From positions 26,102,001 to 26,166,000 of the forward strand of contig NC_086108.1 of NCBI RefSeq assembly GCF_963921235.1: a DNA stretch of 64,000 nt, given 5' to 3'. This document shows positions 24,634 to 37,064 of this stretch, piece after piece. How positions within the stretch are numbered: position 1 is the stretch's first letter; each line of letters starts with the position of its first letter. Position numbers and translations under genes: made by a program. The notes below the pieces were generated by a model. That model saw only the letters and a list, made by a program, of their open reading frames with translations. It was not told where the DNA came from and did not search any database. This DNA is from Mobula hypostoma (Eukaryota).

Positions 24634-25907
24634 TTTACCTGTGATGAACTGGGCCATATCAACTACTTTTTATACAATTTTCCATTCAAGGGCATTAGTG
24701 TTTCCATACCAGGCTGCGATGCAGCCAGTCAATGTACTCCCCACGACACATCTATAGAAGTTTACCCAAGTTTTAGATGTCATGCCAATTCTTCACAAAC
24801 TCCAAAGGAAGTACAGGCACTTCCTTATTTACATGCTGGGCCCAGGAGAGGTCATCCGAAATATTAACACCAAGGAATTTAAAGTTGCTGACCCTCTCCT
24901 CCTCTGATCCTCCAATGAGGACTGGCTCGTGGACCTCTGGTTTCCTTCTCCTGAAGTCAATAATCAGCTCCTTGGTCTTGCTGAATTTGAGTAAGACGTC
25001 ATTGTTATGGCATCGCTCAGCCAGATTTTCAATCTTCCTCCCACATGCTGGTTTGTCACCACCTTTGATTCCGCCTATGACAGTGGTGTTATCAGCGAAC
25101 TTGAACATTGCATTGGAGCTGTACTTAGCCACACAGTCATAAGTGCAAAACAAGTAGAGTAGGGCACTAAGCACACTGCCTTGTGGTGCACTTGTGCTGA
25201 TTGATATTATCGAGGAGAAGCTGTTACTAATCCAAACTGACTAGGCTTTGCAAGTGAGGAAATCCGGGATCCAATTGCACAAGACGATATTGAGGCCAAG
25301 GTCTTGGAGCTAATTGATTAGCTTTGAGAGGATAATAGTATTGCATGCTGAGCTGTAGTCGATAAAGGACATCTTGATGTATGTACTTTGCTATTCAGAT
25401 GTTCCAAGCTTAGGCAAAGAGCCAACGATATCACATCTGCAGTGGACCTGTTGCTTCAGTGGGCAAATTGGAGTGGACTGGAGTCATCTCTCAGGCAGGA
25501 GTTGACATGCTTCATCAACAACCTCTCAAAACACTTCAGTACTGGCAGAAATCCCAAGAAGAAGCAACTGAAAATTCTGGAGAAAAACATCTGTGTACTC
25601 AAACTGTGATGAGGAGCGGAAACATTGCAGATTGTTTTCTCCACTCCCCAGCCTGTGTGTGGGGGCCAGCATCCCACTTGTGGGCCCACTTGGAAATGTG
25701 CACTGTTGCAATAGGGACACAGATCTTTTGTCTATATTATCCCTGTATCACATGTGACACTGGAACTAGCACTGGCATAATCAAAGGGTGCACTTCAACT
25801 GGCTTAGTGCACACTAGCCAATGGTGAAATTCTCCCATTTCATATCAGTTGCAGGCATGGAGTCAAAGTGTCATGGAGTCATACAGTATGGAAATCAATC
25901 CTTTGGC

Positions 25908-27600
25908 AGATGAAGTTAATGGGTACTTTGCATCTGTCTTCACTGTAGAAGACACTAGAAGTGTACCAGAGGTCCATGAGTGTCAGAGAGCAGGAGTGAG
26001 TGCCATTACTATTACAAAGTGCTAGGAAAACTTATAGGTCTTGAGGTGGATAAGTCACCTGGGCCAAATGGACTACAACCCAGGTTGCTGAAGAAATAAG
26101 GAATGCATTGGGTCATGATCTTTCAAGAATCACTTGATTCTGGCATAGGCCCGGAGAACTGGAAGATTGCAAATGTCACTCCACTCTTTAAGAAGGGAGA
26201 AAGGCAAAAGAAAAGAAATTATAGGCCAGTTAGCCTAACCTCAGTGGTTGGGAAAGTGTTGGAGTCTATTCTTAAGAATGAGGTTTCGAGGTACTTGGAG
26301 ACTAATGATAAATAAATCAAAGTCAGCATGGTTTCTGTGAAGGGAAATCTTGCTTGACAAACTTAGAGTTCTTCGAGGAAGCAACAAGCAGGGTGGACAG
26401 AGGAGAGTCAGTGGATGTCATTTACTTGGATTTTCAGAAGGTGCTTGCTAAGGTGCCACACATGAGGCTGCTTAACAACATAAAATCCTACAGTGTTACA
26501 AGAAAGATACGAGCATGGATACCGCAAGTGGGGCAGGAGGCAGGAGACAGCAAGTGGGAATAAAAGGGGCCTTTTCTGGTTGGCAGCTGGTGTCTAGTAG
26601 TGTTCCAAAAAGGTTGGTATTGGAGCCGCAACTTTACACGTTGTTTGTCAATGATTTAGATAATGGAATTGATGGCTTTGTGGCAAAGCTTGCAGATTAT
26701 ACAAAGATAGGTGGAGGGGTAGGTAGTGCTGAGGAAGCAATGTGATTGCAGCAGGACAGACAAATTGGAAGAATGGACAAAAAGTGGCAGATGGAATACA
26801 GTGTTAGGAAATATATGATAATGCATATTTGGTAAAAGGAATAATAGTGTGGACTATTATCTAAATGGGGAGAAGGTTCAAACATCAGAGGTGCAGAGGG
26901 ACTTAGGAGTTTTTGTGCAATTCTCCCAGAAAATAAATTTACAGATTGGGTCTGTGGTAAAGAAGGCAAATACAATGTCGGCATTTATTTCAAGGAGTAT
27001 AGAAGTATTTCAAGAAGATAATGCTGAATCTTTATAAGACACTAGTCAAGCTACACTTAGAGCATTGTCAACAGTTTGGGACCAAGTATTTCAGAAAGGA
27101 TCTGCTGTCATTGGAAAGAGTCCAGAGCAGGTTCACAAAGATGATTCCAGGAATGAAGGGGTTAACATATGAGACGCGTTTGGCAGCTTTGGGCCTGTAC
27201 TCACTGGAATTCCGAAGAATATGGGGGGATCTCATTGAAACCTACCAATTGTTGAAAGGACTAATTAAAGGGTACATGGAGAAGATGTTTCCTATGGAGG
27301 AGTTATCCAGAACTAACGGGCACAGCCTCAAACTTGAGGGGTAACCCTTTAGAATAGAGGCAAGGAGGAATTTTTTTTTTGCCAGAGAGTACTGAATCTG
27401 TGCAATGCTCTGCTACAGACTGAGATGGAGTCCAAGACTGTACGTATATCTAAGGCGGAAGTTGATATTTTCCTGATCGGTCAGGGCATTGAAGGATATA
27501 GCTAGAGGGCAGGTGTGTGGAGTTGAGTGGGATCCGGGATCAGCCACGATGGAATGGTGGAGCAGACTTGGCTTGATTCTGCTCTTATGTCTTATGGTCT
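25908..27600 (+). mobile_element. CR1 LINE ORF2, 5'-truncated and degenerate
   Basis: WKIANVTPLFKKG...NYRPVSLTSVVGK, VIYLDFQK and LGLYSLEFRR, with a TCTTATG tail. It is inserted into a SINE tail that continues at 27600-27910. Confidence 0.88.
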
Positions 27601-27910
27601 CACAGCCTATTGAGTCAGCAGTGACCATCAAACATCCATTGGTATTCATCTAAAGCTAATCCCATTTTATTCTCTCCGTATTCCCATTAATTCACAGATT
27701 CTACCACCAATCTACACATGAGGGCCTGGTTGACAGGCCAACTACCACTCAGCTCATGTCTTTCGGACACAGAAAACTGGAGCTTTCAGAGGAAACCCAT
27801 GTGGTCACAGGGAAAACATGCAAACTCCACACAGATAGCACAAGAAGAAAGGATTGGAGCCAGGTCACTGTCACTATGAGGCGGTGGCTTTTCCAGCTCT
27901 GTAACACCCC
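27600..27910 (-). mobile_element. V-SINE, degenerate
   Basis: gaggaaacccatgtggtcacagggaaaacatgcaaactccacacaga is the reverse complement of the V-domain. Confidence 0.65.
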
Positions 27911-28990
27911 AGCATAAGATGTTCCTTTCCAACCTTCAAACAAATGTTCACAAACGGAGCTGGTGTGTTCATATTATTTCAGAAGAAATGTTACTGGAAC
28001 CTTGTAATATAGTACACAAATAAATGTTGAAGGTCCAAGAGAAACAGGAATATTAACATACTGTAATGAACAGGAGTAGGGAAAGTGCAGTTGCAAAGTA
28101 GCTGTCAGTTCTCAGCCTCCAGCCTTGTTATAAAGCACTGGGAAGCTCATTAATATGTAACACCTTACAGTCACTATATATTTAATCTGAAACAATGAGC
28201 ATAATCATAACATGCTGCATACTAGTTATTTCAGATGTAATCATTTTTTTTTACTGGCTAATTAACAGCACATTGTTTCCGTGTATGATGCATTAACCAT
28301 GGAGAGGGTGCCCAGTTCATTCAATTGTTAATATGCCCATTTCTGACTATTGATCATTTGAAGATGATTTATGCACTGCAAAACTTTTAGCAGACCGGTA
28401 GAAGAGATCCCTACCAGAAATCGATTCATCTTTAACCTCTCAGCAATTATTAGCATGGATATCAATCCCAATTCTTTATATCAAAGTTGCAGGACTGAAA
28501 GCTACTTATCCGCAATTTACACGCCAACTGACTTGTTCTGTAGAAACCTGCTTACAGCCTTCTTTACAAGGACAAAGTAGGGCTTGCCAAAATTCTCTTC
28601 ATGTGTTGCCAAAAGTATGCATAGTTATCCAAGGGATCACAGTTTAATTTGGAGTGTGGGGAAGAGGGGGAGTCATAAGGATGGATAATCCCAGAGAAAT
28701 ATTTTCTTTGCTTGGATGCACCAAACTCCAACATATCAATTTCATATTCTAACATGCTTCAGTGACAGACTATTTAATTGGAGTGACTAATTGTTCAGTG
28801 GTTTCTCTGTGAGTGTATTTTTTTGGCACAAAATCAGTTCTTCGCCGAGCCATAGAGAAAAACTCACTCCTTTAAAAAGCATGGAAATCCATCAGGATTA
28901 AGGTACTTAGAGTCAAGGGTGTGGCCAAGATGGATAAGTTTTGGGCGGATTTTGTTGCTAAGACAAGAGGAGGTCTTACAGAGATTCATA

Positions 28991-29081
28991 TGGGAAAACG
29001 CAGCAGGCCAGGCAGCACCTATAGGAAGGGGTACAGAAAAAGTTTCAGGCCGAGACCCTTCGTCAGGACTAACTGAAAGAA
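28991..29081 (-). mobile_element. Penelope-like terminal repeat fragment with a hammerhead-like core
   Basis: Minus strand reads AGTC-CTGACGA-AGGGTCTCGGCCT-GAAAC...GGTGCTGCCTGGCCTGCTGCGTT. Confidence 0.75.
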
Positions 29082-29087
29082 CACATA

Positions 29088-29354
29088 GTGGGAAGCACCA
29101 GAAGGATATTCTGTAATGATCAATAAACCAATTGCTTGGAATCAAATGGTGTCTCAGGGCTGGGTGTGTTTGCACCCAAGCGAAACCCACCCCCCAGTCC
29201 CCCAGCCCCAGCACTCCTTCTCTGCCATCTGTCCCACACCTCTCCCACAGCGCTCCATCCTCACCATTCTCAATATCTTTTGCTCCCACCAGGTTTACAA
29301 ACTTGCTCTACGTTCTGCATAGACAACTACAGTACTGTACAAAAGTCTTAGACA
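29088..29354 (+). mobile_element. Partial copy of the Tc1-like composite element at 37451-37997
   Basis: Shares ttctgtaatgatcaataaacca...ggaatcaaatg...tctcagg.ctgggtg with that element and ends in TA-CAGTACTGTACAAAAGTCTTAG. Confidence 0.75.
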
Positions 29355-29364
29355 ATCGGTACTG

Positions 29365-29865
29365 GTGATGCAAAAAGACTAAATAAAGTCATCAGAAAGG
29401 CTGGATCCGTCCTTGGCTACAACCCGGACTCTTTTGAGTTAGTGGTGGAGAGGAGGTCCTGAAACAAACTGTTATCCTTTATGGACAATCTGGTACATCC
29501 TCTCCATGACCTACTGAAATAAGCAATGGAGCCCCCTTTCAAACAGATTCATTCAGCTCCACTGCCACGAGGATCGTTACAGAAAGCCTTTCCTACCAAA
29601 TGCAATAAGCAGAGACAACAGTTCATCTCTGTGCGACAGGAGAACACACATCATAGTACAATAGTCTTTGTTTTATTATTTTGTACAGTATTACTGCACA
29701 TTATTGCAAATTATTGCACATTGGTAAATTATTATTGTGTATATTATTATTCTGTACTTCGTTATTAGTTAAGTCTGCACACTGCTAACTGTGTTTTAAA
29801 TTTTGCTGGGTTAATGACAGAATTTCCCATTCGGGATCAATAAACTATTTATTATTATTATTATA
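29365..29865 (+). mobile_element. Rex1-type LINE 3' end
   Basis: Translates as DAKRLNKVIRKAGSVLG...HPLH...DRYRK, ending in AATTTCCCATTCGGGATCAATAAA plus (TTA)n. Confidence 0.75.
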
Positions 29866-30359
29866 AGTTCAAATTGAGATGAGATAAAACAGAAAGATAT
29901 AAAGAAGGATGTTCACAGTGGTGAACCTAGTGTGGGTAAGGCTAAATTCATTTTGAAGTTGAGCTTCATTAATGGGCAATGTGAAAGAGGTATTAGCAAA
30001 CATGTGAAGTGGAAATTTAACTCATGGGATTACCCTCCCCTTCCCCAACCCTAGGGGCAGGCATTGTACCAATAGGTTGAAAGGTATCCACTATGTCATT
30101 TTAAGGAAAACACAATATAATCAAATGCTTCCTATGATTGCTTAAAGTATTTTCCATGTGTTCTAATGTTTCTTATAATCCTTGAGAAGGGGCAGTACTG
30201 GATCTGTTTTTAGCCACACAGGTGTCATTCACAGAGGGTTTTGGAGACAGTGACCACAATTTTGTAATTTAAAGATAGGTATAGAAAAGAGTCAGGATAG
30301 TTTGCAAAGTAAGATCCTGAATGCTGGTGGTGGGTTGGACAGGCAGATTTTAATATCAT

Positions 30360-30620
30360 AGGACAATTCCTGACTAAAGAAGACTTGGAGCAGGGATGGA
30401 CTGGTTGAGTCTACAAACTCTATAGCTTCTTCTAATCCTGTGCATTGGGGCCTCCATTCAAAGCTGTATTGTAAACAGTCGGAAAGTTCTCCATCATATA
30501 GCTACAGATATTTGTAAGATTCTTTGGTGACGTTGCAAATCTCCTCGTACTCCTAATGAAGTAGAGCCACTGGCAAACTTTCTTCACATTGCATCAATGT
30601 TTTCAACCCGTGATAGGTCC
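30360..30620 (-). mobile_element. Rex1/Babar fragment, degenerate
   Basis: gcaaatctcctcgtactcctaatgaagtagagccactggc is the reverse complement of the QRLYFIRSxRRF segment. Confidence 0.55.
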
Positions 30621-30649
30621 TCTGAAATGCTTGGAGCCAAGGGTGAAGG

Positions 30650-32715
30650 TAATGGCAAAAAAGGCACAATAAGGAGAAGGATATTATTGTAGGGAAATCT
30701 AAGGAGGAAAAAATGAGGAAATACAATGTTTGCAGCCTTAAAGTTGGAAAGATCACTTGGGTCTGATGAAATGCATCATAGCCTATGATAGGAGGTGGCA
30801 AAGGAGATTATTGGGATCCTGACTGAGATTTTTAAATTCTTGCTGGACATGGGTAGGTTGTCAGATGGTTCGAGGACAACAAATGTGATGTCTTGATTCA
30901 TGAAAGGCAGTAGGGAATTACAGACCAGTACCATCAATGGGAAGGAACTGATTGGAAAAAGGCAATAGTCAGAGATAGCCAGCAGGGCTATGTTACGGAG
31001 GGATTCCATCTGACTAAATTAATTGAATTTTCTGAAGATGTAGAGAAATCCATTGGTGAGGGTAGTGTGATTGATGTAATCCATGTGGATTTCAGTGAAG
31101 TATTCTGACAAAGTCTGACATTTGAGACTAGTTTAGCAGCTTGGAGTTCATGGGATTCAAGGCAAGTTGGCAAATTGGATTCATAATTATCTTGGTACTC
31201 GGGGAGAGAATGTGATGGTGGAAGGTGGCTTTTGTGTTTTGAATGGTGCAGGGACCCTTACTGTTTATGATGCACATTAATAATTTGGATATCTATGCAG
31301 GAATCGTGATTTGTCTGTTTGCAGGAGATATGAAAACTGGTAGTGTTAAAGTAGCATAGTTAGAAAGTGCAGAAACTAGCCTTTCAACCCATCTAGTTTG
31401 CGCTGACTTCATCTTCTGCCTAGTCCTATCTATCTGCACCCAGGCCATATCCTTCCAAACCCTTCCTATCCATGTACTTATCCCAGACCGTTAAAGTTTA
31501 CAATTGAACCTGCATCTACCACATCTGCTGGCAACTAGTTCAACACCACACCACCCTCTGAGTGAAAAAGCTTCCCTTCAGATTCGCTTTAAGTATTTCA
31601 CCATTTACCCTAAATCTAAGATATTCTAGTTCCAGACTCACCCAAACTAAAGGAAAATAACCTGTTTACATTCACTCTGAGATCTCCCCTCAATCTCCTG
31701 CTCTCTAAACCTGTTCCAATTTTTCCTATAACTTAGGCCATCAAGTTTTGGCAACACCCAGCTGTTGATAGTGAGGAGGCGAATCATAGTTTATAGGATA
31801 ATATTGATCATCTAGTAAAATGGATGGAGCAAAGGCAGATAGCTGTTAATCCTGATGAATGTGAGAGGTCAAATAACATTATGACGTGCACATGGCTCTT
31901 GAAGGTCTATAGGAGCAGAAGCACCTTAGTGTGTAAGCTCAGGGATCACTAAAGGTAGCCATATATGCTGCAAAGATGTTGAAGAAAGCCAATGTAATAC
32001 TTGCCCTCATCAGTTGGGATGTAGAATGGAGGATGGAGGTCATGATACAACTTTATAAAATACCGATTAGTTCACAGCTGGAGAATTGCTCTGGTCCATA
32101 CCCTATAGTAAAGACGTGACTGTACTGGAGAGGATGCAGAGGAGATTCATCAGGAGTTTGCATGGGACGTCATGGCTAAATTATTTAAAGAGATTGGATC
32201 AGCTGACAGTTTTTCTTGGAGCAGAGGAGGCTGCAGAGAAATATGAAAGGTATAAAAATAATGAGGGCGTAGACAGGTTAGACAGTAGGGAACACACGTG
32301 AAGTTGTCTAAATCATTGGATTTAGGATTGAGGAGATTTGTTGCAGGTCGGGGGAAGAGGCTTAGAGGGGATCTGAGGAAGAATCTTTTTATCTGGATCA
32401 GGGGCTCCCAACCTTTTTTAATCCATGGACCCCTACCATTAACCGAGGGGTCCGTGGATCATAGGTTGGGAACCTCTGATCTAGATAGTGGTTGGAACTT
32501 GGAGCACATTGCCTGGGGGGAGAGAGGGTGGATGTGGTGAAAGCAGATACTTGCAACATTTAAGTAGTACCTATACAAGAACCTGAATGACTAAGCTATT
32601 GAATGCCCTGGACTAAGTGCTAGTTAGTGGGATTAGTATAGATAGGAATTTGGTCTGTATAGACATCCTGGGCTGAATGGCCTGATTATGAGCTGTGTGA
32701 CTCGATAACTCCATA
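30650..32715 (+). mobile_element. Old CR1 ORF2 relic, interrupted by a minus-strand CR1 tail (~31350-31760) and a hAT MITE
   Basis: Decayed LTKLIEFSEDV, VIHVDFS and LERMQRRFIR segments, and a 3' UTR ending gctgaatggcctg...tgtgactc. Confidence 0.7.
32399..32478. mobile_element. 80-bp hAT (Charlie-like) MITE
   Basis: TIRs CAGGGGCTCCCAACCT and AGGTTGGGAACCTCTG with an 8-bp TSD ATCTGGAT/ATCTAGAT. Partial copies at ~20029-20070 and ~38401-38450. Confidence 0.85.
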
Positions 32716-33449
32716 AAAAAATTGTTTTTCAAGCAGTTCAATATCAATTTAATTCTGCAGATTAATTATTGAGTAAGAGAGTGATTTTATGGATAAACTG
32801 AAGCCTTAATTTATGTTATCAGTGTTATTAATGTGCAAAGTTCTACTTTTTAAAAATGAGAAATTGCATTTGAAATTAAAAAGCAAACTGCTTTAATTTT
32901 CCACTGGATTAAGCTTCTGTATCTATTGCATATTTAGTCAACTTGTATCATGACTAATTCAGGGAGCACATTTTGGAAGATGCTAATATAAGATGATTGA
33001 TAAACAATGCTGCCCACACAGCACCAAGTGTACCATTAATTTACTAATGCATTCTAAGGCACAGAGGCATAATCAGACTAATTTTGACAGAGTTTTATAA
33101 AGAATAGATACTGCAAACATTACCAAATGTAGGTTTCCATGACAGTCTTGAAATAAGGAAAGGTTACAAATTAGGGAAGCATCGGAGAAGAGGGAAATTG
33201 ACGTCACAGCTCTAAAGACCAGGGTTTGATCCTGACCACTATTACCGTCTATATGGACATTGCACAGTCCTCGTGTGACCATGTGGTTTCCTATGAGTTC
33301 TCCATCCCCAAAGGTGTACCCCTTGGTAGGGTAATTGGTCAGTGTAAAGAGAACAAATAAAGATCAAAGTCCTTTTCAGTGTTTAGTCATCTATGTGGCC
33401 ATATTGCTGCTAAACAGTGATAATGAATTGTACCACACGGCTCAAGAAC

Positions 33450-33980
33450 AGAATTATTGAAGGGAACCAGTTAATCTTGAATCTGTAGGATGTCAGGCTT
33501 CAGTATCTCCTGCCTGATGGTCGCTGCAAGAAGATGGCATGGCCCATTTGGTGCAGATGTTTGATGACAGATGTTGCCTTCCTAGAACACTAAATACTTC
33601 GTATAGTGAGGAGACATGTGCCGATGCTTCGTTGGGCTGAGTCTACTGCTCTCAGCATCTTCTTACAAACGTTTGTACATTCCTGCTCATTCGAATTGCC
33701 AACAAGTCAGGATATCTTCAAAATACATTCGCTGAAGTTTGTTGGAGTGTTCAGCGACAAGTTGAACCTCCTTAATTCTCATAAGAAATTAAAGGTGCTG
33801 GTGTACTTTCCTTGTGGTTGCATCTGTGTGCTTGGCCCATGAAAAGTCATCCAATATGTTAATGCTTAGGAATTTATGCTGCTCTCTCCACTGACGATCC
33901 TTCAATTTAAACAGGTGCCTGTTCATACTCCTTTCCCTTCCTTAAATCGACAATCAGCTGTTTAGGTTGACTGATGTGAA
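33450..33980 (-). mobile_element. Rex1/Babar fragment, degenerate
   Basis: Same sequence type as 24649-25000 (ctcctgcctgatgg; cttcccttccttaaatcgacaatcagct). Confidence 0.6.
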
Positions 33981-34399
33981 GTGAGTAGGGTAATAAACAA
34001 TTGATGGATAACCAAAAATGCTGACTTAGGAAGACTGTTGCTACTCCACGGGCCTATTTTTACCTCATTGTATTTAAGAACTACAGCAAACACACCTTTA
34101 TATTTTGTTTGGTTTCTCCTATAAGGTTAATGAACTTGTAACTTTCAAGAAACAAAGTTCATACTCTGACATAAGAATATTAATAACATGCAAAGATTTG
34201 GATGCATAAGTTAAACGTGATGTGAAAACCTTATGGATTGCAGACACGGGTAAAGGAATTTGTCAAACAATGTGACAAAAGGAAATTCAGCCAAGACTGC
34301 TTCAGTGAAGAGCAGCAGGAAGAGGAGGAGAAGGCTGAAATCCTATGGTTGAGCCTTCGCCTTGAACTACATAAGTCCATTAGACATTCACTTCTGCAG

Positions 34400-35000
34400 T
34401 TTCAAAGTTCTAAGTTCAAAGTAGATTTTATTATCAAAATACATATCTGTAACCATATACAACCCTGGGATTCATTTTCCTTCATACTCACCAAATCTAT
34501 AGAATAGTAACTGTAACAGAATCAATGAAAGATCAACCAGAATGCAAAAGACAACAAACTGTGCAGATGTAAATATAAATAAATAGCAATAAATAATGAA
34601 AACATGAGATAATGAGATAAAGAGTTCTTAAAGTGAGATCATTGGTTGTGGAAATGTCCCAATGGATAGGAAAATGAGCATAGCTATCCCCTTTTGTTCA
34701 AGAGCCTAATGGTTGAAGGGTGGTAATTGTCCTTGAACCTGATGGTACAAGCCTAAGGCTCTTACACCTTCTACCTGATAGCAGCAGTGAGAACAGAGCA
34801 TGGCCTGGGTGGTGGGGACCTCTGATGATGAATATTGTTTTCCTACAACAGCATTTCATGTAGATGTGTTCAGTGGTGAGGAGGGCTTTACTGGTTATGT
34901 ACAAGACCGAATCCACTACCTTTTGTAGGATTTTCTGTTCAAAGGCATTGGTGTTTCCATACCAGGCTGTGATGCAGCCAGTCAATACATTCCCCAGGTG
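34400..35000 (-). mobile_element. Rex1/Babar 3' end
   Basis: NVLTGCITAWYGN...HHPGHALFSLLLSGRR, with a tail reading ttcaaagttctaagttcaaagt on the plus strand. Confidence 0.8.
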
Positions 35001-35248
35001 AGTGGTTGTATACATACTTGACCATGTACAACACTTGACTCAGTGCGAGGCCTACACTTCAGATGGTGGCAATGTGACGGACCTAGTAGAATCGCTGTCT
35101 TGCAACTCCAGAAATCCAGTGTGATCTGCGAAATTGCATGCTCCCTTGCAAGTGGATTTCCCTTGGATGATCCAGTTTCCCCCCACACCCCAAAGATTGT
35201 ACAAGTTGGTAGATTACATGGACATCTAAATTAACCTCTATCTAATTT

Positions 35249-35317
<69 letters not shown>

Positions 35318-35328
35318 GCGCGCGCACG
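35249..35328. repeat. Compound microsatellite (CT)n-(CA)n-(CG)n
   Basis: Directly visible in the sequence. Confidence 0.95.
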
Positions 35329-35529
35329 CTCTGCAAATCCCCTTTGACCTCTCCTCTTCCTTTCTTTGTACATACCTGAACAGAAAGGCTGCTGAGTTGA
35401 GGTCAGCCATTTTACTTCTTGTCTGCAATCTAATCTAAGGTAGCCACTGGTTAATCCAACCTTGGACTATTCAGAAAACTATCAGAATATAGAACACTTT
35501 TTATTTGGAAAAGTATTCAGAACATAACC

Positions 35530-36000
35530 TTATCTGAAAGCAGCATCACAGGTAGGTGAAGAAAGCATTTGGCATGCTGGCCTTCATCAGGCAGGGCATT
35601 GTACAGGAGGTGGAATATTTTGTTACAGTTCAAGTTTTTGTTGACACCACATCTTGAGTATTGTGTACAGTTTTGGTTGGAAACATTGAGTGGAAAGATT
35701 GCAACGAAGATTTATGAGAATGTTGCTAGGACTCAAGGGTGTGATTTATGAAGTGAAGTCGGGCAGGCAAGGGCTTCATTAAAAGAAGCCAAAAATTAGA
35801 GGGCATACGTTAAAAGTGAGAGAAGAAAGATTTAAAAAGGAACCAAGGGGCAACTTTTTCATGTTCAAGGTAGTGGATATATGATACAAGCTGCCAGAGG
35901 AAGTGCTTGATGCACGTACAATAAAAACAATTAGGTGCCATTTGGACAGGTATATCCAAATGCTGTCAAAGGAAGCATGTTGGTAAGAATGGACAAGCCA
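35530..36000 (+). mobile_element. CR1 3' relic
   Basis: LTPHLEYCVQFW and agagggcatacgttaaaagtgagagaagaaagatttaaaa. Confidence 0.65.
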
Positions 36001-37064
36001 TCTTAAGAAAATTCATCCGTGCCAACTCTACTGCGTTACTCAATAACTCTATGGCTCATTCCCAGGACTGGTAAGGAACCAGCAAAGAGTGGAAAGTATT
36101 TAAAGAACATTTGCTTGAGGTTTATTCAGGGCCCTCTTGATGTTCTTATTTTGGTCTTAATGATGACCTTCAGAGAGCTAAAGAAAGCCAGGAGTGAGCC
36201 ATTACATGTAAAAGTGAATTGAGATTATTCTCTGATTACATCATCAACACAAATTCATATGCAACCAACCCCTCCTGAAGGATATGCAAGGAAACATTGT
36301 GCTTCAGTCAAATGTTAAAGGCATCAGTTTGGATTTGACTTCCTGATGTTCTGGCATTTTGGAATTCTGCTCCCAAAGCCACACACTCCTTCTGATTAAA
36401 GTTACCATCAGGTTATCAAATACAGACTAAAACTTTGATGAAGTTAAACAGCCTTAAAATGGCAACCAGCATGTAGGTCCTTTGACAATGTGCTCAATCA
36501 GGTCAATACCACTGTGGCCTGACCTTTCTCTTCCTGCCCTCAGCTCTCTTTATAAAAGTGATTTTCATCTGGGAAATTTCATACAATTCTAGCTGAGTAA
36601 GTAAAGTGTCTACTTACTGATAAATTACATTCAATTAAGATGTAGGTCATTGAATTAAAACTACAATGAAACACTCTCGAGGTTTGGACTGTCTGTCATA
36701 TAACTTTTATGTCAAACATAAAGTTGCAGTCTGAAGACATGGGACCGTCAGTTTGTCACAAAGTTGCACTCCAAATCTGTCAGTCACTCATGGGGACACA
36801 GAACCAGAATGTGCTGTCAGTCAGAGATCTGTTCTTCCATAAGGTGCTGTCTATCACTTGTGTAAGCGTGTTCTTTGGATCTAGACTGTAGGTCAGGTGT
36901 GAAACAGTACTCCAAAGGTAAACATCATCACATGGTTATGGAGACACATTCGGTATAGACACTTAACAAGTGGTACAATTTATTTCTGTCAGTGTCCATA
37001 GAGTCATAGACAGATACAGCACATAAACAGGTCCTTTGGCCCAACTCATCCATGGGACAAGAGC

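Larger units (their letters stand above)
23636..25545 (-). mobile_element. Rex1/Babar LINE (RT to 3' UTR) hosting a SINE and a Penelope-derived insert
   Basis: LKCFERLLMKHV...PLQFAH and YDCVAKYSSNAMFKFADNTTV...FKFLGVNISDDLSW. The 3' end reads ttcaaagtaaatttattatt on the plus strand. Confidence 0.85.

Noticed and set aside
34238..34507. ORF with an acidic run (EEQQEEEEK)
   Set aside because: No recognisable domain or splice context, and its 3' part runs into an antisense Rex1 tail.
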